From Eledone cirrhosa (Eukaryota), in assembly GCA_964016885.1 (NCBI GenBank), contig OZ024743.1, positions 222,394,001 through 222,458,000 of the forward strand: DNA of 64,000 bases, in the 5' to 3' direction. Below the pieces are notes generated by a model. That model searched no databases, was not told where the DNA came from, and saw only the letters and a program-made list of their open reading frames with translations. Below, one piece after another: positions 25,701 through 38,370 of the stretch. The translations under genes and the position numbers were made by a program. Each line of letters opens with the position of its first letter. The first letter of the stretch is position 1.

Positions 25701-28700
25701 TGTGTAAGAGATGTTAACTGGATCGTTGGCTGGTTGTGTAAGAGATGTTAACTGGATGGTTGGCTGGTTGTGTAAGAGATGTTAACTGGATGGTTGGCTG
25801 GTTGTGTAAGAGATGTTAACTGGATGGTTGGCTGGTTGTGTAAGAGATGTTAACTGGATGGTTGGCTGGTTGTGTAAGAGATGTTAACTGGTTGGTTGGC
25901 TGGTTGTGTAAGAGATGTTAACTGGATGGTTGGCTGGTTGTGTAAGAGATGTTAACTGGATGGTTGGCTGGTTGTGTAAGAGATGTTAACTGGTTGGTTG
26001 GCTGGTTGTGTAAGAGATGTTAACTGGATGGTTGGCTGGTTGTGTAAGAGATGTTAACTGGATGGTTGGCTGGTTGTGTAAGAGATGTTAACTGGATGGT
26101 TGGCTGGTTGTGTAAGAGATGTTAACTGGATGGTTGGTTGGTTGTGTAAGAGATGTTAACTGGATGGTTGGCTGGTTGTGTAAGAGATGTTAACTGGTTG
26201 GTTGGCTGGTTGTGTAAGAGATGTTAACTGGATGGTTGGCTGGTTGTGTAAGAGATGTTAACTGGATGGTTGGCTGGTTGTGTAAGAGATGTTAACTGGT
26301 TGGTTGGCTGGTTGTGTAAGAGATGTTAACTGGATGGTTGGCTGGTTGTGTAAGAGATGTTAACTGGATGGTTGGCTGGTTGTGTAAGAGATGTTAACTG
26401 GATGGTTGGTTGGTTGTGTAAGAGATGTTAACTGGATGGTTGGTTGGTTGTGTAAGAGATGTTAACTGGATGGTTGGTTGATTGTGTAAGAGATGTTAAC
26501 TGGATGGTTGGTTGTGTAAGAGATGTAAACTGGATGGTTGGTTGGCTGGTTGTGTAAGGGATGTGAACTGGATGGTTGGTTGGTTGTGTAAGAGATGTTA
26601 ACTGGATGGTTGGCTGGTTGTGTAAGAGATGTTAACTGGATGGTTGGCTGGTTGTGTAAGAGATGTTAACTGGATGGTTGGTTGGTTGTGTAAGAGATGT
26701 TAACTGGATGGTTGGCTGGTTGTGTAAGAGATGTTAACTGGATGGTTGGTTGGTTGTGTAAGAGATGTTAACTGGATGGTTGGCTGGTTGTGTAAGAGAT
26801 GTTAACTGGATGGTTGGTTGGCTGGTTGTGTAAGGGATGTGAACTGGATGGTTGGTTGTGTAAGAGATGTTAACTGGATGGTTGGGTGGTTGTGTAAGAG
26901 ATGTTAACTGGATGGTTGGTTGGTTGTGTAAGAGATGTTAACTGGATGTTTGTTTGGTTGGCTGGTTGTGTAAGAGATGTTAACTGGATGGTTGGTTGAT
27001 TGTGTAAGAGATGTTAACTGGATGGTTGGTTAGTTGTGTAAGAGATGTTAAGTGGATGGTTGGTTGGTTGTGTAAGAGATGTTAACTGGATGGTTGGTTG
27101 GCTGGTTGTGTAAGGGATGTGAACTGGATGGTTGGTTGTGTAAGAGATGTTAACTGGATGGTTGGGTGGTTGTGTAAGAGATGTTAACTGGATGGTTGGT
27201 TGGTTGTGTAAGAGATGTTAACTGGATGTTTGTTTGGTTGGCTGGTTGTGTAAGAGATGTTAACTGGATGGTTGGCTGGTTGTGTAAGAGATGTTAACTG
27301 GATGGTTGGTTGGTTGTGTAAGAGATGTTAACTGGATGGTTGGTTGGTTGTGTAAGAGATGTTAACTGGATGGTTGGTTGTGTAAGAGATGTTAACTGGA
27401 TGGTTGGTTGGTTGTGTAAGAGATGTTAACTGGATGGTTGGCTGGTTGTGTAAGAGATGTTAACTGGATGGTTGGCTGGTTGTGTAAGAGATGTTAACTG
27501 GATGGTTGGTTGGTTGTGTAAGAGATGTTAACTGGATGGTTGGCTGGTTGTGTAAGAGATGTTAACTGGATGGTTGGTTGGTTGTGTAAGAGATGTTAAC
27601 TGGATGGTTGGCTGGTTGTGTAAGAGATGTTAACTGGATGGTTGGTTGGCTGGTTGTGTAAGGGATGTGAACTGGATGGTTGGTTGTGTAAGAGATGTTA
27701 ACTGGATGGTTGGGTGGTTGTGTAAGAGATGTTAACTGGATGGTTGGTTGGTTGTGTAAGAGATGTTAACTGGATGTTTGTTTGGTTGGCTGGTTGTGTA
27801 AGAGATGTTAACTGGATGGTTGGTTGATTGTGTAAGAGATGTTAACTGGATGGTTGGTTAGTTGTGTAAGAGATGTTAAGTGGATGGTTGGTTGGTTGTG
27901 TAAGAGATGTTAACTGGATGGTTGGTTGGCTGGTTGTGTAAGGGATGTGAACTGGATGGTTGGTTGTGTAAGAGATGTTAACTGGATGGTTGGGTGGTTG
28001 TGTAAGAGATGTTAACTGGATGGTTGGTTGGTTGTGTAAGAGATGTTAACTGGATGTTTGGTTGGTTGGCTGGTTGTGTAAGAGATGTTAACTGGATGGT
28101 TGGCTGGTTGTGTAAGAGATGTTAACTGGATGGTTGGTTGGTTGTGTAAGAGATGTTAACTGGATGGTTGGTTGGTTGTGTAAGAGATGTTAACTGGATG
28201 GTTGGTTGTGTAAGAGATGTTAACTGGATGGTTGGTTGGTTGTGTAAGAGATGTTAACTGGATGGTTGGTTGGTTGTGTAAGAGATGTTAACTGGATGGT
28301 TGGCTGGTTGTGTTAGAGATGTTAACTGGATGGTTGGTTGGTTGGCTGGTTGTGTAAGGGATGTTAACTGGATGGTTGGTTGGTTGTGTAAGAGATGTTA
28401 ACTGGATGGTTGGTTGGTTGTGTAAGAGATGTTAACTGGATGGTTGGCTGGTTGTGTTAGAGATGTTAACTGGATGGTTGGTTGGTTGGCTGGTTGTGTA
28501 AGGGATGTTAACTGGATGGTTGGTTGGCTGGTTGTGTAAGGGATGTGAACTGGATGGTTGGTTGGTTGTGTAAGAGATGTTAACTGGATGGTTGGTTGGT
28601 TGTGTAAGAGATGTTAACTGGATGGTTGTTTGGTTGGCTGGTTGTATAAGAGATGTTAACTGGATGGTTGGTTGGTTGTGTAAGAGATGTTAACTGGATG

Positions 28701-31700
28701 GTTGGCTGGTTGTGTTAGAGATGTTAACTGGGTGGTTGGTTGGTTGGCTGGTTGTGTAAGAGATGTTAACTGGATGGTTGGTTGGTTGTGTAAGAGATGT
28801 TAACTGGATGGTTGGCTGGTTGTGTAAGAGATGTTAACTGGTTGGTTGGCTGGTTGTGTAAGAGATGTTAACTGGATGGTTGGCTGGTTGTGTAAGAGAT
28901 GTTAACTGGATGGTTGGCTGGTTGTGTAAGAGATCTTAACTGGATCGTTGGTTGGTTGTGTAAGAGATGTTAACTGGATGGTTGGCTGGTTGTGTAAGAG
29001 ATGTTAACTGGTTGGTTGGCTGGTTGTATAAGAGATGTTAACTGGATGGTTGGTTGGTTGTGTAAGAGATGTTAACTGGATGGTTGGCTGGTTGTGTAAG
29101 AGATGTTAACTGGATGGTTGGCTGGTTGTGTAAGAGATCTTAACTGGATCGTTGGTTGGTTGTGTAAGAGATGTTAACTGGATGGTTGGTTGGTTGTGTA
29201 AGAGATGTTAACTGGATGGTTGGTTGATTGTGTAAGAGGTGTTAACTGGATGGTTGGTTGGTTGTGTAAGAGATGTTAACTGGATGGTTGGTTGATTGTG
29301 TAAGAGATGTTAACTGGATGGTTGGTTGGTTGTGTAAGAGATGTAAACTGGATGGTTGGTTGGCTGGTTGTGTAAGGGATGTGAACTGGATGGTTGGTTG
29401 GTTGTGTAAGATATGTTAATTGGATGGTTGGTTGGTTGTGTAAGAGATGTTAACTGGATGGTTGGTTGGTTGTGTAAGAGATGTTAACTGGATGGTTGGT
29501 TGATTGTGTAAGAGATGTTAACTGGATGGTTGGTTAGTTGTGTAAGAGATGTTAAGTGGATGGTTGGTTGGTTGTGTAAGAGATGTTAACTGGATGGTTG
29601 GTTGGCTGGTTGTGTAAGGGATGTGAACTTGATGGTTGGTTGTGTAAGAGATGTTAACTGGATGGTTGGTTGGTTGTGTAAGAGATGTTAACTGGATGGT
29701 TGTTTGGTTGGCTGGTTGTGTAAGAGATGTTAACTGGATGGTTGGCTGGTTGTGTAAGAGATGTTAACTGGATGGTTGGTTGGTTGTGTAAGAGATGTTA
29801 ACTGGATGGTTGGTTGGTTGTGTAAGAGATGTTAACTGGATGGTTGGTTGGTTGTGTAAGAGATGTTAACTGGATGGTTGGCTGGTTGTGTTAGAGATGT
29901 TAACTGGATGGTTGGTTGGGTGGCTGGTTGTGTAAGGGATGTTAACTGGATGGTTGGTTCGTTGTGTAACAGATGTTAACTGGATGGTTGGTTGGTTGTG
30001 TAAGTGATGTTAACTGGATGGTTGGCTGGTTGTGTTAGAGATGTTAACTGGATGGTTGGCTGGTTGTGTAAGGGATGTTAACTGGATGGTTGGTTGGTTG
30101 TGTAAGAGATGTTAACTGGATGGTTGGTTGGTTGTGTAAGAGATGTTAACTGGATGGTTGGTTGGTTGTGTGCGAGATGTTAACTGGATGGTTGGTTGGT
30201 TGTGTAAGAGATGTTAACTGGATGGTTGGTTGGTTGTGTAAGAGATGTTAACTGGATGGTTGGCTGGTTGTGTAAGAGATGTTAACTGGATGGTTGGTTG
30301 GTTGTGTAAGAGATGATAACTGGATGGTTGGTTGGTTGTGTAAGAGATGTTAACTGGATGGTTGGTTGGCTGGTTGTGTAAGGGATGTGAACTGGATGGT
30401 TGGTTGGTTGTGTAAGAGATGTTAACTGGATGGTTGGTTGGTTGTGTAAGAGATGTTAACTGGATGGTTGTTTGGTTGGCTGGTTGTATAAGAGATGTTA
30501 ACTGGATGGTTGGTTGGTTGTGTAAGAGATGTTAACTGGATGGTTGGCTGGTTGTGTTAGAGATGTTAACTGGGTGGTTGGTTGGTTGGCTGGTTGTGTA
30601 AGAGATGTTAACTGGATGGTTGGTTGGTTGTGTAAGAGATGTTAACTGGATGGTTGGCTGGTTGTGTAAGAGATGTTAACTGGTTGGTTGGCTGGTTGTG
30701 TAAGAGATGTTAACTGGATGGTTGGCTGGTTGTGTAAGAGATGTTAACTGGAAGGTTGGCTGGTTGTGTAAGAGATGTTAACTGGATCGTTGGTTGGTTG
30801 TGTAAGAGATGTTAACTGGATGGTTGGCTGGTTGTGTAAGAGATGTTAACTGGTTGGTTGGCTGGTTGTGTAAGAGATGTTAACTGGATGGTTGGCTGGT
30901 TGTGTAAGAGATGTTAACTGGATGGTTGGCTAGTTGTGTAAGAGATGTTAACTGGATGGTTGGTTGGTTGTGTAAGAGATGTTAACTGGATGGTTGGTTG
31001 ATTGTGTAAGAGATGTTAACTGGATGGTTGGTTGGTTGTGTAAGAGATGTTAACTGGATGGTTGGTTGATTGTGTAAGAGATGTTAACTGGATGGTTGGT
31101 TGGTTGTGTAAGAGATGTAAACTGGATGGTTGGTTGGCTGGTTGTGTATGGGATGTGAACTGGATGGTTGGTTGGTTGTGTAAGAGATGTTAACTGGATG
31201 GTTGTTTGGTTGGCTGGTTGTATAAGAGATGTTAACTGGATGGTTGGTTGGTTGTGTAAGAGATGTTAACTGGATGGTTGGCTGGTTGTGTTAGAGATGT
31301 TAACTGGGTGGTTGGTTGGTTGGCTGGTTGTGTAAGAGATGTTAACTGGATGGTTGGTTGGTTGTGTAAGAGATGTTAACTGGATGGTTGGCTGGTTGTG
31401 TAAGAGATGTTAACTGGTTGGTTGGCTGGTTGTGTAAGAGATGTTAACTGGATGGTTGGCTGGTTGTGTAAGAGATGTTAACTGGATGGTTGGCTGGTTG
31501 TGTAAGAGATCTTAACTGGATCGTTGGTTGGTTGTGTAAGAGATGTTAACTGGATGGTTGGCTGGTTGTGTAAGAGATGTTAACTGGTTGGTTGGCTGGT
31601 TGTATAAGAGATGTTAACTGGATGGTTGGTTGGTTGTGTAAGAGATGTTAACTGGATGGTTGGCTGGTTGTGTAAGAGATGTTAACTGGATGGTTGGCTG

Positions 31701-34700
31701 GTTGTGTAAGAGATCTTAACTGGATCGTTGGTTGGTTGTGTAAGATATGTTAACTGGATGGTTGGTTGGTTGTGTAAGAGATGTTAACTGGATGGTTGGT
31801 TGATTGTGTAAGAGGTGTTAACTGGATGGTTGGTTGGTTGTGTAAGAGATGTTAACTGGATGGTTGGTTGATTGTGTAAGAGATGTTAACTGGATGGTTG
31901 GTTGGTTGTGTAAGAGATGTAAACTGGATGGTTGGTTGGCTGGTTGTGTAAGGGATGTGAACTGGATGGTTGGTTGGTTGTGTAAGATATGTTAATTGGA
32001 TGGTTGGTTGGTTGTGTAAGAGATGTTAACTGGATGGTTGGTTGGTTGTGTAAGAGATGTTAACTGGATGGTTGGTTGATTGTGTAAGAGATGTTAACTG
32101 GATGGTTGGTTAGTTGTGTAAGAGATGTTAAGTGGATGGTTGGTTGGTTGTGTAAGAGATGTTAACTGGATGGTTGGTTGGCTGGTTGTGTAAGGGATGT
32201 GAACTTGATGGTTGGTTGTGTAAGAGATGTTAACTGGATGGTTGGTTGGTTGTGTAAGAGATGTTAACTGGATGGTTGTTTGGTTGGCTGGTTGTGTAAG
32301 AGATGTTAACTGGATGGTTGGCTGGTTGTGTAAGAGATGTTAACTGGATGGTTGGTTGGTTGTGTAAGAGATGTTAACTGGATGGTTGGTTGGTTGTGTA
32401 AGAGATGTTAACTGGATGGTTGGTTGGTTGTGTAAGAGATGTTAACTGGATGGTTGGCTGGTTGTGTTAGAGATGTTAACTGGATGGTTGGTTGGGTGGC
32501 TGGTTGTGTAAGGGATGTTAACTGGATGGTTGGTTGGTTGTGTAACAGATGTTAACTGGATGGTTGGTTGGTTGTGTAAGTGATGTTAACTGGATGGTTG
32601 GCTGGTTGTGTTAGAGATGTTAACTGGATGGTTGGCTGGTTGTGTAAGGGATGTTAACTGGATGGTTGGTTGGTTGTGTAAGAGATGTTAACTGGATGGT
32701 TGGTTGGTTGTGTAAGAGATGTTAACTGGATGGTTGGTTGGTTGTGTGAGAGATGTTAACTGGATGGTTGGTTGGTTGTGTAAGAGATGTTAACTGGATG
32801 GTTGGTTGGTTGTGTAAGAGATGTTAACTGGATGGTTGGCTGGTTGTGTAAGAGATGTTAACTGGATGGTTGGTTGGTTGTGTAAGAGATGATAACTGGA
32901 TGGTTGGTTGGTTGTGTAAGAGATGTTAACTGGATGGTTGGTTGGCTGGTTGTGTAAGGGATGTGAACTGGATGGTTGGTTGGTTGTGTAAGAGATGTTA
33001 ACTGGATGGTTGGTTGGTTGTGTAAGAGATGTTAACTGGATGGTTGTTTGGTTGGCTGGTTGTATAAGAGATGTTAACTGGATGGTTGGTTGGTTGTGTA
33101 AGAGATGTTAACTGGATGGTTGGCTGGTTGTGTTAGAGATGTTAACTGGGTGGTTGGTTGGTTGGCTGGTTGTGTAAGAGATGTTAACTGGATGGTTGGT
33201 TGGTTGTGTAAGAGATGTTAACTGGATGGTTGGCTGGTTGTGTAAGAGATGTTAACTGGTTGGTTGGCTGGTTGTGTAAGAGATGTTAACTGGATGGTTG
33301 GCTGGTTGTGTAAGAGATGTTAACTGGAAGGTTGGCTGGTTGTGTAAGAGATGTTAACTGGATCGTTGGTTGGTTGTGTAAGAGATGTTAACTGGATGGT
33401 TGGCTGGTTGTGTAAGAGATGTTAACTGGTTGGTTGGCTGGTTGTGTAAGAGATGTTAACTGGATGGTTGGCTGGTTGTGTAAGAGATGTTAACTGGATG
33501 GTTGGCTAGTTGTGTAAGAGATGTTAACTGGATGGTTGGTTGGTTGTGTAAGAGATGTTAACTGGATGGTTGGTTGATTGTGTAAGAGATGTTAACTGGA
33601 TGGTTGGTTGGTTGTGTAAGAGATGTTAACTGGATGGTTGGTTGATTGTGTAAGAGATGTTAACTGGATGGTTGGTTGGTTGTGTAAGAGATGTAAACTG
33701 GATGGTTGGTTGGCTGGTTGTGTATGGGATGTGAACTGGATGGTTGGTTGGTTGTGTAAGAGATGTTAACTGGATGGTTGGTCGGTTGTGTAAGAGATGT
33801 TAACTGGATGGTTGGTTGGCTGGTTGTGTATGGGATGTTAACTGGATGGTTGGTTAGTTGTGTAAGAGATGTTAACTGGATGGTTGGTTGGCTGGTTGTG
33901 TAAGGGATGTGAACTGGATGGTTGGTTGTGTAAGAGTGTTAACTGGATGGTTGGTTGGTTTTGTAAGAGACGTTAACTGGATGGTTGGTTGGTTGTGTAA
34001 GAGATGTTAACTGGATGGTTGGTTGGCTGGTTGTGTAAGAGATGTTAACTGGATGGTTGGTTGGTTGTGTAAGAGATGTTAACTGGATGGTTGGTTGGTT
34101 GTGTAAGAGATGTTAACTGGATGGTTGGCTGGTTGTGTTAGAGATGTTAACTGGATGGTTGGTTGGTTGTGTAAGAGATGTTAACTGGATGGTTGGTTGG
34201 TTGTGTAAGAGTGTTAACTGGATGGTTGTGTAAGAGATGTTAACTGGATGGTTGGTTGGCTGATTGTGTAAGAGATGTTAACTGGATGGTTGGTTGGTTG
34301 TGTAAGAGATGTTAACTGGATGGTTGGTTGGTTGTGTAAGAGACGTTAACTGGATGGTTGGTTGGTTGTGTAAGAGATGTTAACTGGATGGTTGGGTGGT
34401 TGTGTAAGAGATGTTAACTGGATGGTTGGTTGGTTGTGTAAGAGATGTTAACTGGATGGTTGGTTGGTTGTGTAAGAGATGTTAACTGGATGGTTGGCTG
34501 GTTGTGTTAGAGATGTTAACTGGATGGTTGGTTGGTTGTGTAAGAGATGTTAACTGGATGGTTGGTTGGTTGTGTAAGAGTGTTAACTGGATGGTTGTGT
34601 AAGAGATGTTAACTGGATGGTTGGTTGGCTGATTGTGTAAGAGATGTTAACTGGATGGTTGGTTGGTTGTGTAAGAGATGTTAACTGGATGGTTGGTTGG

Positions 34701-34865
34701 TTGTGTAAGAGTGTTAACTGGATGGTTGTGTAAGAGATGTTAACTGGATGGTTGGTTGGCTGGTTGTGTAAGAGATGTTAACTGGATGGTTGGTTGGTTG
34801 TGTTAGAGATGTTAACTGGATGGTTGGTTGGTTGTGTAAGAGATGTTAACTGGATGGTTGGTTGG
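10703..34865. repeat. 24-kb satellite; 34-bp consensus GATGTTAACTGGATGGTTGGTTGGTTGTGTAAGA; roughly 700 monomers
   Basis: Period 34 (10703 to 10737); 26/30/38/42-bp variants by loss or gain of GGTT/GGCT; copy number estimated from length. Confidence 0.99.
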
Positions 34866-35119
34866 ATGTATGGGTGGCTGGCTGGCTGAATGTATGTGTG
34901 GCTGGCTAGATGTAGATATGTATGAAGGAAGATGAGAAATCCTATCAAACCTAATATGTAAACATAAAGAACTGTATGTAGTATATATCTGATGGATGTT
35001 TCAGTGCATTAACTACTAAACTGGGTTAGATCAATAAACAATGGAGGAATTATACTATATCAATGTCACTAATTTAATATATTAACACTGCAGTACTGAC
35101 ATAGTGGAGAGAAGATTTG

Positions 35120-35190
35120 AAAAGCAGCTATCCCTCTCTCTCTCTCTCTCCTATGTCTTACTGTCTCGCCTGGAATGGCCAGAGACTAAG

Positions 35191-35270
<80 letters not shown>

Positions 35271-35720
35271 AAGACAGTGAATGAGAAAGAATAGGGAGGA
35301 ATAGAATAGCACCTCTCCTCTTTCTCTTTCATCTTTTTGTTGCTGCCCCCCCCCCCCCCCCCCCCCTGGAATAGAGATATAGAGAGAGCATAGGTAGGAG
35401 GCAGAATAGCATCACCCTTTTCTCTTTCTGTCTATCTTTTCAGTTGCTACTCTGGAATGGAGAGAGACTAGGAAGAGGGGAAAGGAGAGACTAGAGAGGG
35501 CTAGAACACAGCATTTTTTACTCTCTCTCTCTCCCCCTCATGAAATGAAGAAAGACTAGGAAAGGGGAATAGAGAGAAACTAAAGGTAGGAAGAGGATAG
35601 AGAGAGGATAGAACAGCATCTCACTCTCTCATTTCTTTCTGTTTCTATCCTGAAATAGAGAAACTAGATAGAAAGAAAGAAATGGAGTAGAGAGAGAATT
35701 GAATGGCCTCTCTATCTACC
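35120..35720. repeat. (GA)n/(CT)n-rich low-complexity region
   Basis: Direct reading. Confidence 0.8.
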
Positions 35721-36202
35721 TCTAGTTTGTTTCTGTCATTATATTGGAATGGTGGGAGGTTAGAGATAAAGAAAGAGGAGGCACATGTAGAGATAGACAG
35801 ACTCACAGAAACAGAAGCTGACAGAACCACATGCTGTAGACATAGGAAGAGGCCTCTCCTCTCCCTGTCACTCAAGGAAGAGAGCAGGGGATGTACACAA
35901 AAGGGACATAGTCCATCAGACAGAGGAGAAGAGGGAGAAGATATATGCCTCTCCGTTCACGAACAGTGTCTCAAATAACGTACATGCAAGCCAGCAACAA
36001 CAGTTGGCAACAAGCTTGGAGTATCAGCAGGAAAGTGTCATTTGCTCTGCAGTTGGTTTCTATTGTGATATCTATCTGTCTTTCACACACAGCCGCTCTC
36101 TCAATGTATTTCTCTCTCAGCATTTTGTATAAGAAAAATAGTTTCGCTCTACGAACATTTTGGGTGACTGAGGTTCTACTATATATATATATATATATAT
36201 AT

Positions 36203-36312
36203 AGAAAGTCTGTTGTGCCAAGGCTGGGAAGACCACAATTTAGGGTAGTACTCTATGCATGGGAAAGCAACCCATGCTAGCGTGGAAGATGGATGTTAAA
36301 CGATGATGATGA
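36203..36312 (+). mobile_element. RTE-related 3' terminal fragment
   Basis: aacccatgctagcgtggaagatggatgttaaacgatgatgatga matches the RTE 3' terminus. Confidence 0.65.
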
Positions 36313-36443
36313 AGATATAAACCTCACCGCACCACCTAGCGGTGTCGATTAATATGTAGTATACCCTTGAGAAGGCTTGCTAAATACAGTTGAAACCAGT
36401 AGGCATCGCGGTTGGGTTTATACCCCCCACTATATATATAAAA

Positions 36444-36499
<56 letters not shown>

Positions 36500-36522
36500 A
36501 TATATAAAAGAGAGAGAGAGAG

Positions 36523-36742
36523 AGAGATTTATTACACTAAATATGCTGTAATTTAGGTACAATTGTTTCTTTGGTTGCCTGTATTAGATTTTTCCAGAGA
36601 CAGTCCACAAATTTTCAGTCTATATTCACTCCATTACAAATATAGGCTGAGGATTTGGGGACTGTCTCTGGAAAAATCTGAAATAGGCAGCCAAAGAAAC
36701 AAATGTATCTGAATGTCAGCATATTTAGTGTAATAAACTCTC
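36523..36742. repeat. ~220-bp imperfect palindrome (inverted PLE-type terminal repeats)
   Basis: Arms ttattacactaaatatgctg...tttttccagagacagtcc and ggactgtctctggaaaaa...cagcatatttagtgtaataa. Confidence 0.85.
36643..36711 (+). ncRNA. Candidate type I hammerhead ribozyme
   Basis: TAGG-CTGAGGA-TTTGG...CCAAA-GAAAC-AAAT-GTA-TCTG; stems I, II and III can all be drawn, stem I with two G-U pairs. Confidence 0.55.
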
Positions 36743-37475
36743 TAATAAATATTTATAGACATCAACTTGACCCACTGATTTAACAGACTAATAAATGGAT
36801 ATTTATATTCTTTACCAAATTACACTACACTATACGTGTGTGCACATGAGTGTGTATATATATATATATATGTGTATGGTTGTATGTGTGTATGTAGAGA
36901 AAGAAACACAAATAAGTACATCTGGAATGTCTTTGGTATGAAGACTGAGGATGGGGATAGTACCTAATGCATGATAATATGTATATACAGAGAGAGAGAG
37001 AGGGGAGGGGGGGGGGATAAAGCTGAATAAGCAAAGGTTTAAATGTCAGATCTATTACATGACTAGCTAGAAGATGAAGATTTCTGAATCATAAAAGTGA
37101 GAAAGGAAATAAAAACAATGGACAATGAATACTCCCTGCTGCATTCTTCCTTGATAATGACTTCCCTCTAACTCCACTTCTAGCTAAAGATGGTGCAGAT
37201 AGTCAGGTCAAGACAGCAACTAAATGACATAACTCTGTTTAATCTTATCAAACTCCTCCTCAAATGCAGCACAGCAAGTGTTTTAAAGCTACCTCCACAA
37301 CAACCAATTTAAACCTTTCAATACCAACCTACCTAAAGTTGCCTCAGATTCCATGGAAAAAATCCACCCATTTTAAAGGGGTTTTATTTAAATGAAAATT
37401 TTCAAGCATATTTTTATACATGAAGCTTTTTGTTAAATTTCAACAAAGAAAAATATGCATTATTAAGAAAGTTAT

Positions 37476-37670
37476 TGGCGGTGGATTGGCAGTATTGATA
37501 GATGGTTGGATGCCATGCTTTGCAGCATAGAGTTATGTCCCTTTACGGACTAAGTTCAAATCCCGCTGAGGTTAACTTTGCCTTTCATCCTTACGGGGGT
37601 CGATAAAATAAAGTACCAGTAACGAAATGGGTAATTGCTGGCCTTGTGCCAAAAGTAGAAACAATTATTA
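37476..37670 (+). mobile_element. Meta-type tRNA SINE
   Basis: agttcaaatcc box B; gcctttcatccttacgggggtcgataaaataaagtaccagt Meta-like core. Confidence 0.75.
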
Positions 37671-37675
37671 AGAAA

Positions 37676-37895
37676 GTTATTCATTTTAGACTCATTCTCT
37701 CTTATATACACATATATACACCAGGTCCGAACACAAAAGAACCAAACTCCCACTGTCACTGCCTCTATCTCTCTCTCTCCCTATCTCTCACTATTGTAAG
37801 CAAATGGGGGCCTACATGCTGACTGCCCCGCGGCCCTGGTGGACAGAACGGAGAAGGCGTTTCCCCAGAGGATGGTGAGGGAGATGCACATGTTA
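37676..37895 (-). mobile_element. Possible 3' fragment of a CRE-like (restriction-like endonuclease) non-LTR element
   Basis: Minus strand reads ISLTILWGNAFSVLS, resembling the RISIAIQRGNA C-terminal motif; short GC-rich island. Confidence 0.4.
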
Positions 37896-37929
37896 TACAT
37901 TCCATCTGAATAATTCTTTCTAATATTAA

Positions 37930-38370
37930 TTAGCACAAGGCCAACAATTTGAGGAGGAGAAGTTGATTATATTGACCTAGAACTATATTTTATCGATCCC
38001 AAAAGAACGAAAGGCAAATCTGACCAAGGCAGGATTTGAACTCAGAATGTACAAAGTCATAACTAAATACTACAAAAGCATTTTGTCTAACACTCCACCA
38101 CACATACTGTCTTAATAATGGTTTCTACTTTAGGCACAAGGCCAGCAATTTTTGAGAGAGGGGAAAGTCGGTTTAAATCAACGCTAGTTCTTAATTGGTG
38201 CTTTATTTTATCCCCCCCCCCCCCCCCCCCCGCCATAAGGATGAAAGGTAAAGCTAACCTTAGTAGGATTTAAACTCAGAAAGTAAAGGGCCATAACTAT
38301 ATGTCACAAAGTATGTCATCCGATGCTCTACCGATTACTGCCAATCCACTACACATACTGTTTTAATAAT
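37930..38370 (-). mobile_element. Two tandem Meta-type SINE copies
   Basis: gcacaaggcca...gaaaggYaaa...aggatttRaactcagaa occurs twice. Confidence 0.7.

Noticed and set aside
10703-34865. CRISPR-like array (constant repeat with variable spacer)
   Set aside because: The variable parts are only GGTT/GGCT copy-number variants, not unique spacers; no cas genes; eukaryotic context.
10703-34865. Tn5/Nextera mosaic-end concatemer or telomeric repeat
   Set aside because: Only a partial resemblance (TAAGAGA) to AGATGTGTATAAGAGACAG; no TTAGGG units; variants are inherited in duplicated blocks as in a genuine satellite.
35645-36280. Host exons in the ORFs right of the satellite
   Set aside because: GA-rich low complexity, no recognisable domain and no convincing splice-site pair. 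Small exons cannot be excluded without RNA-seq.
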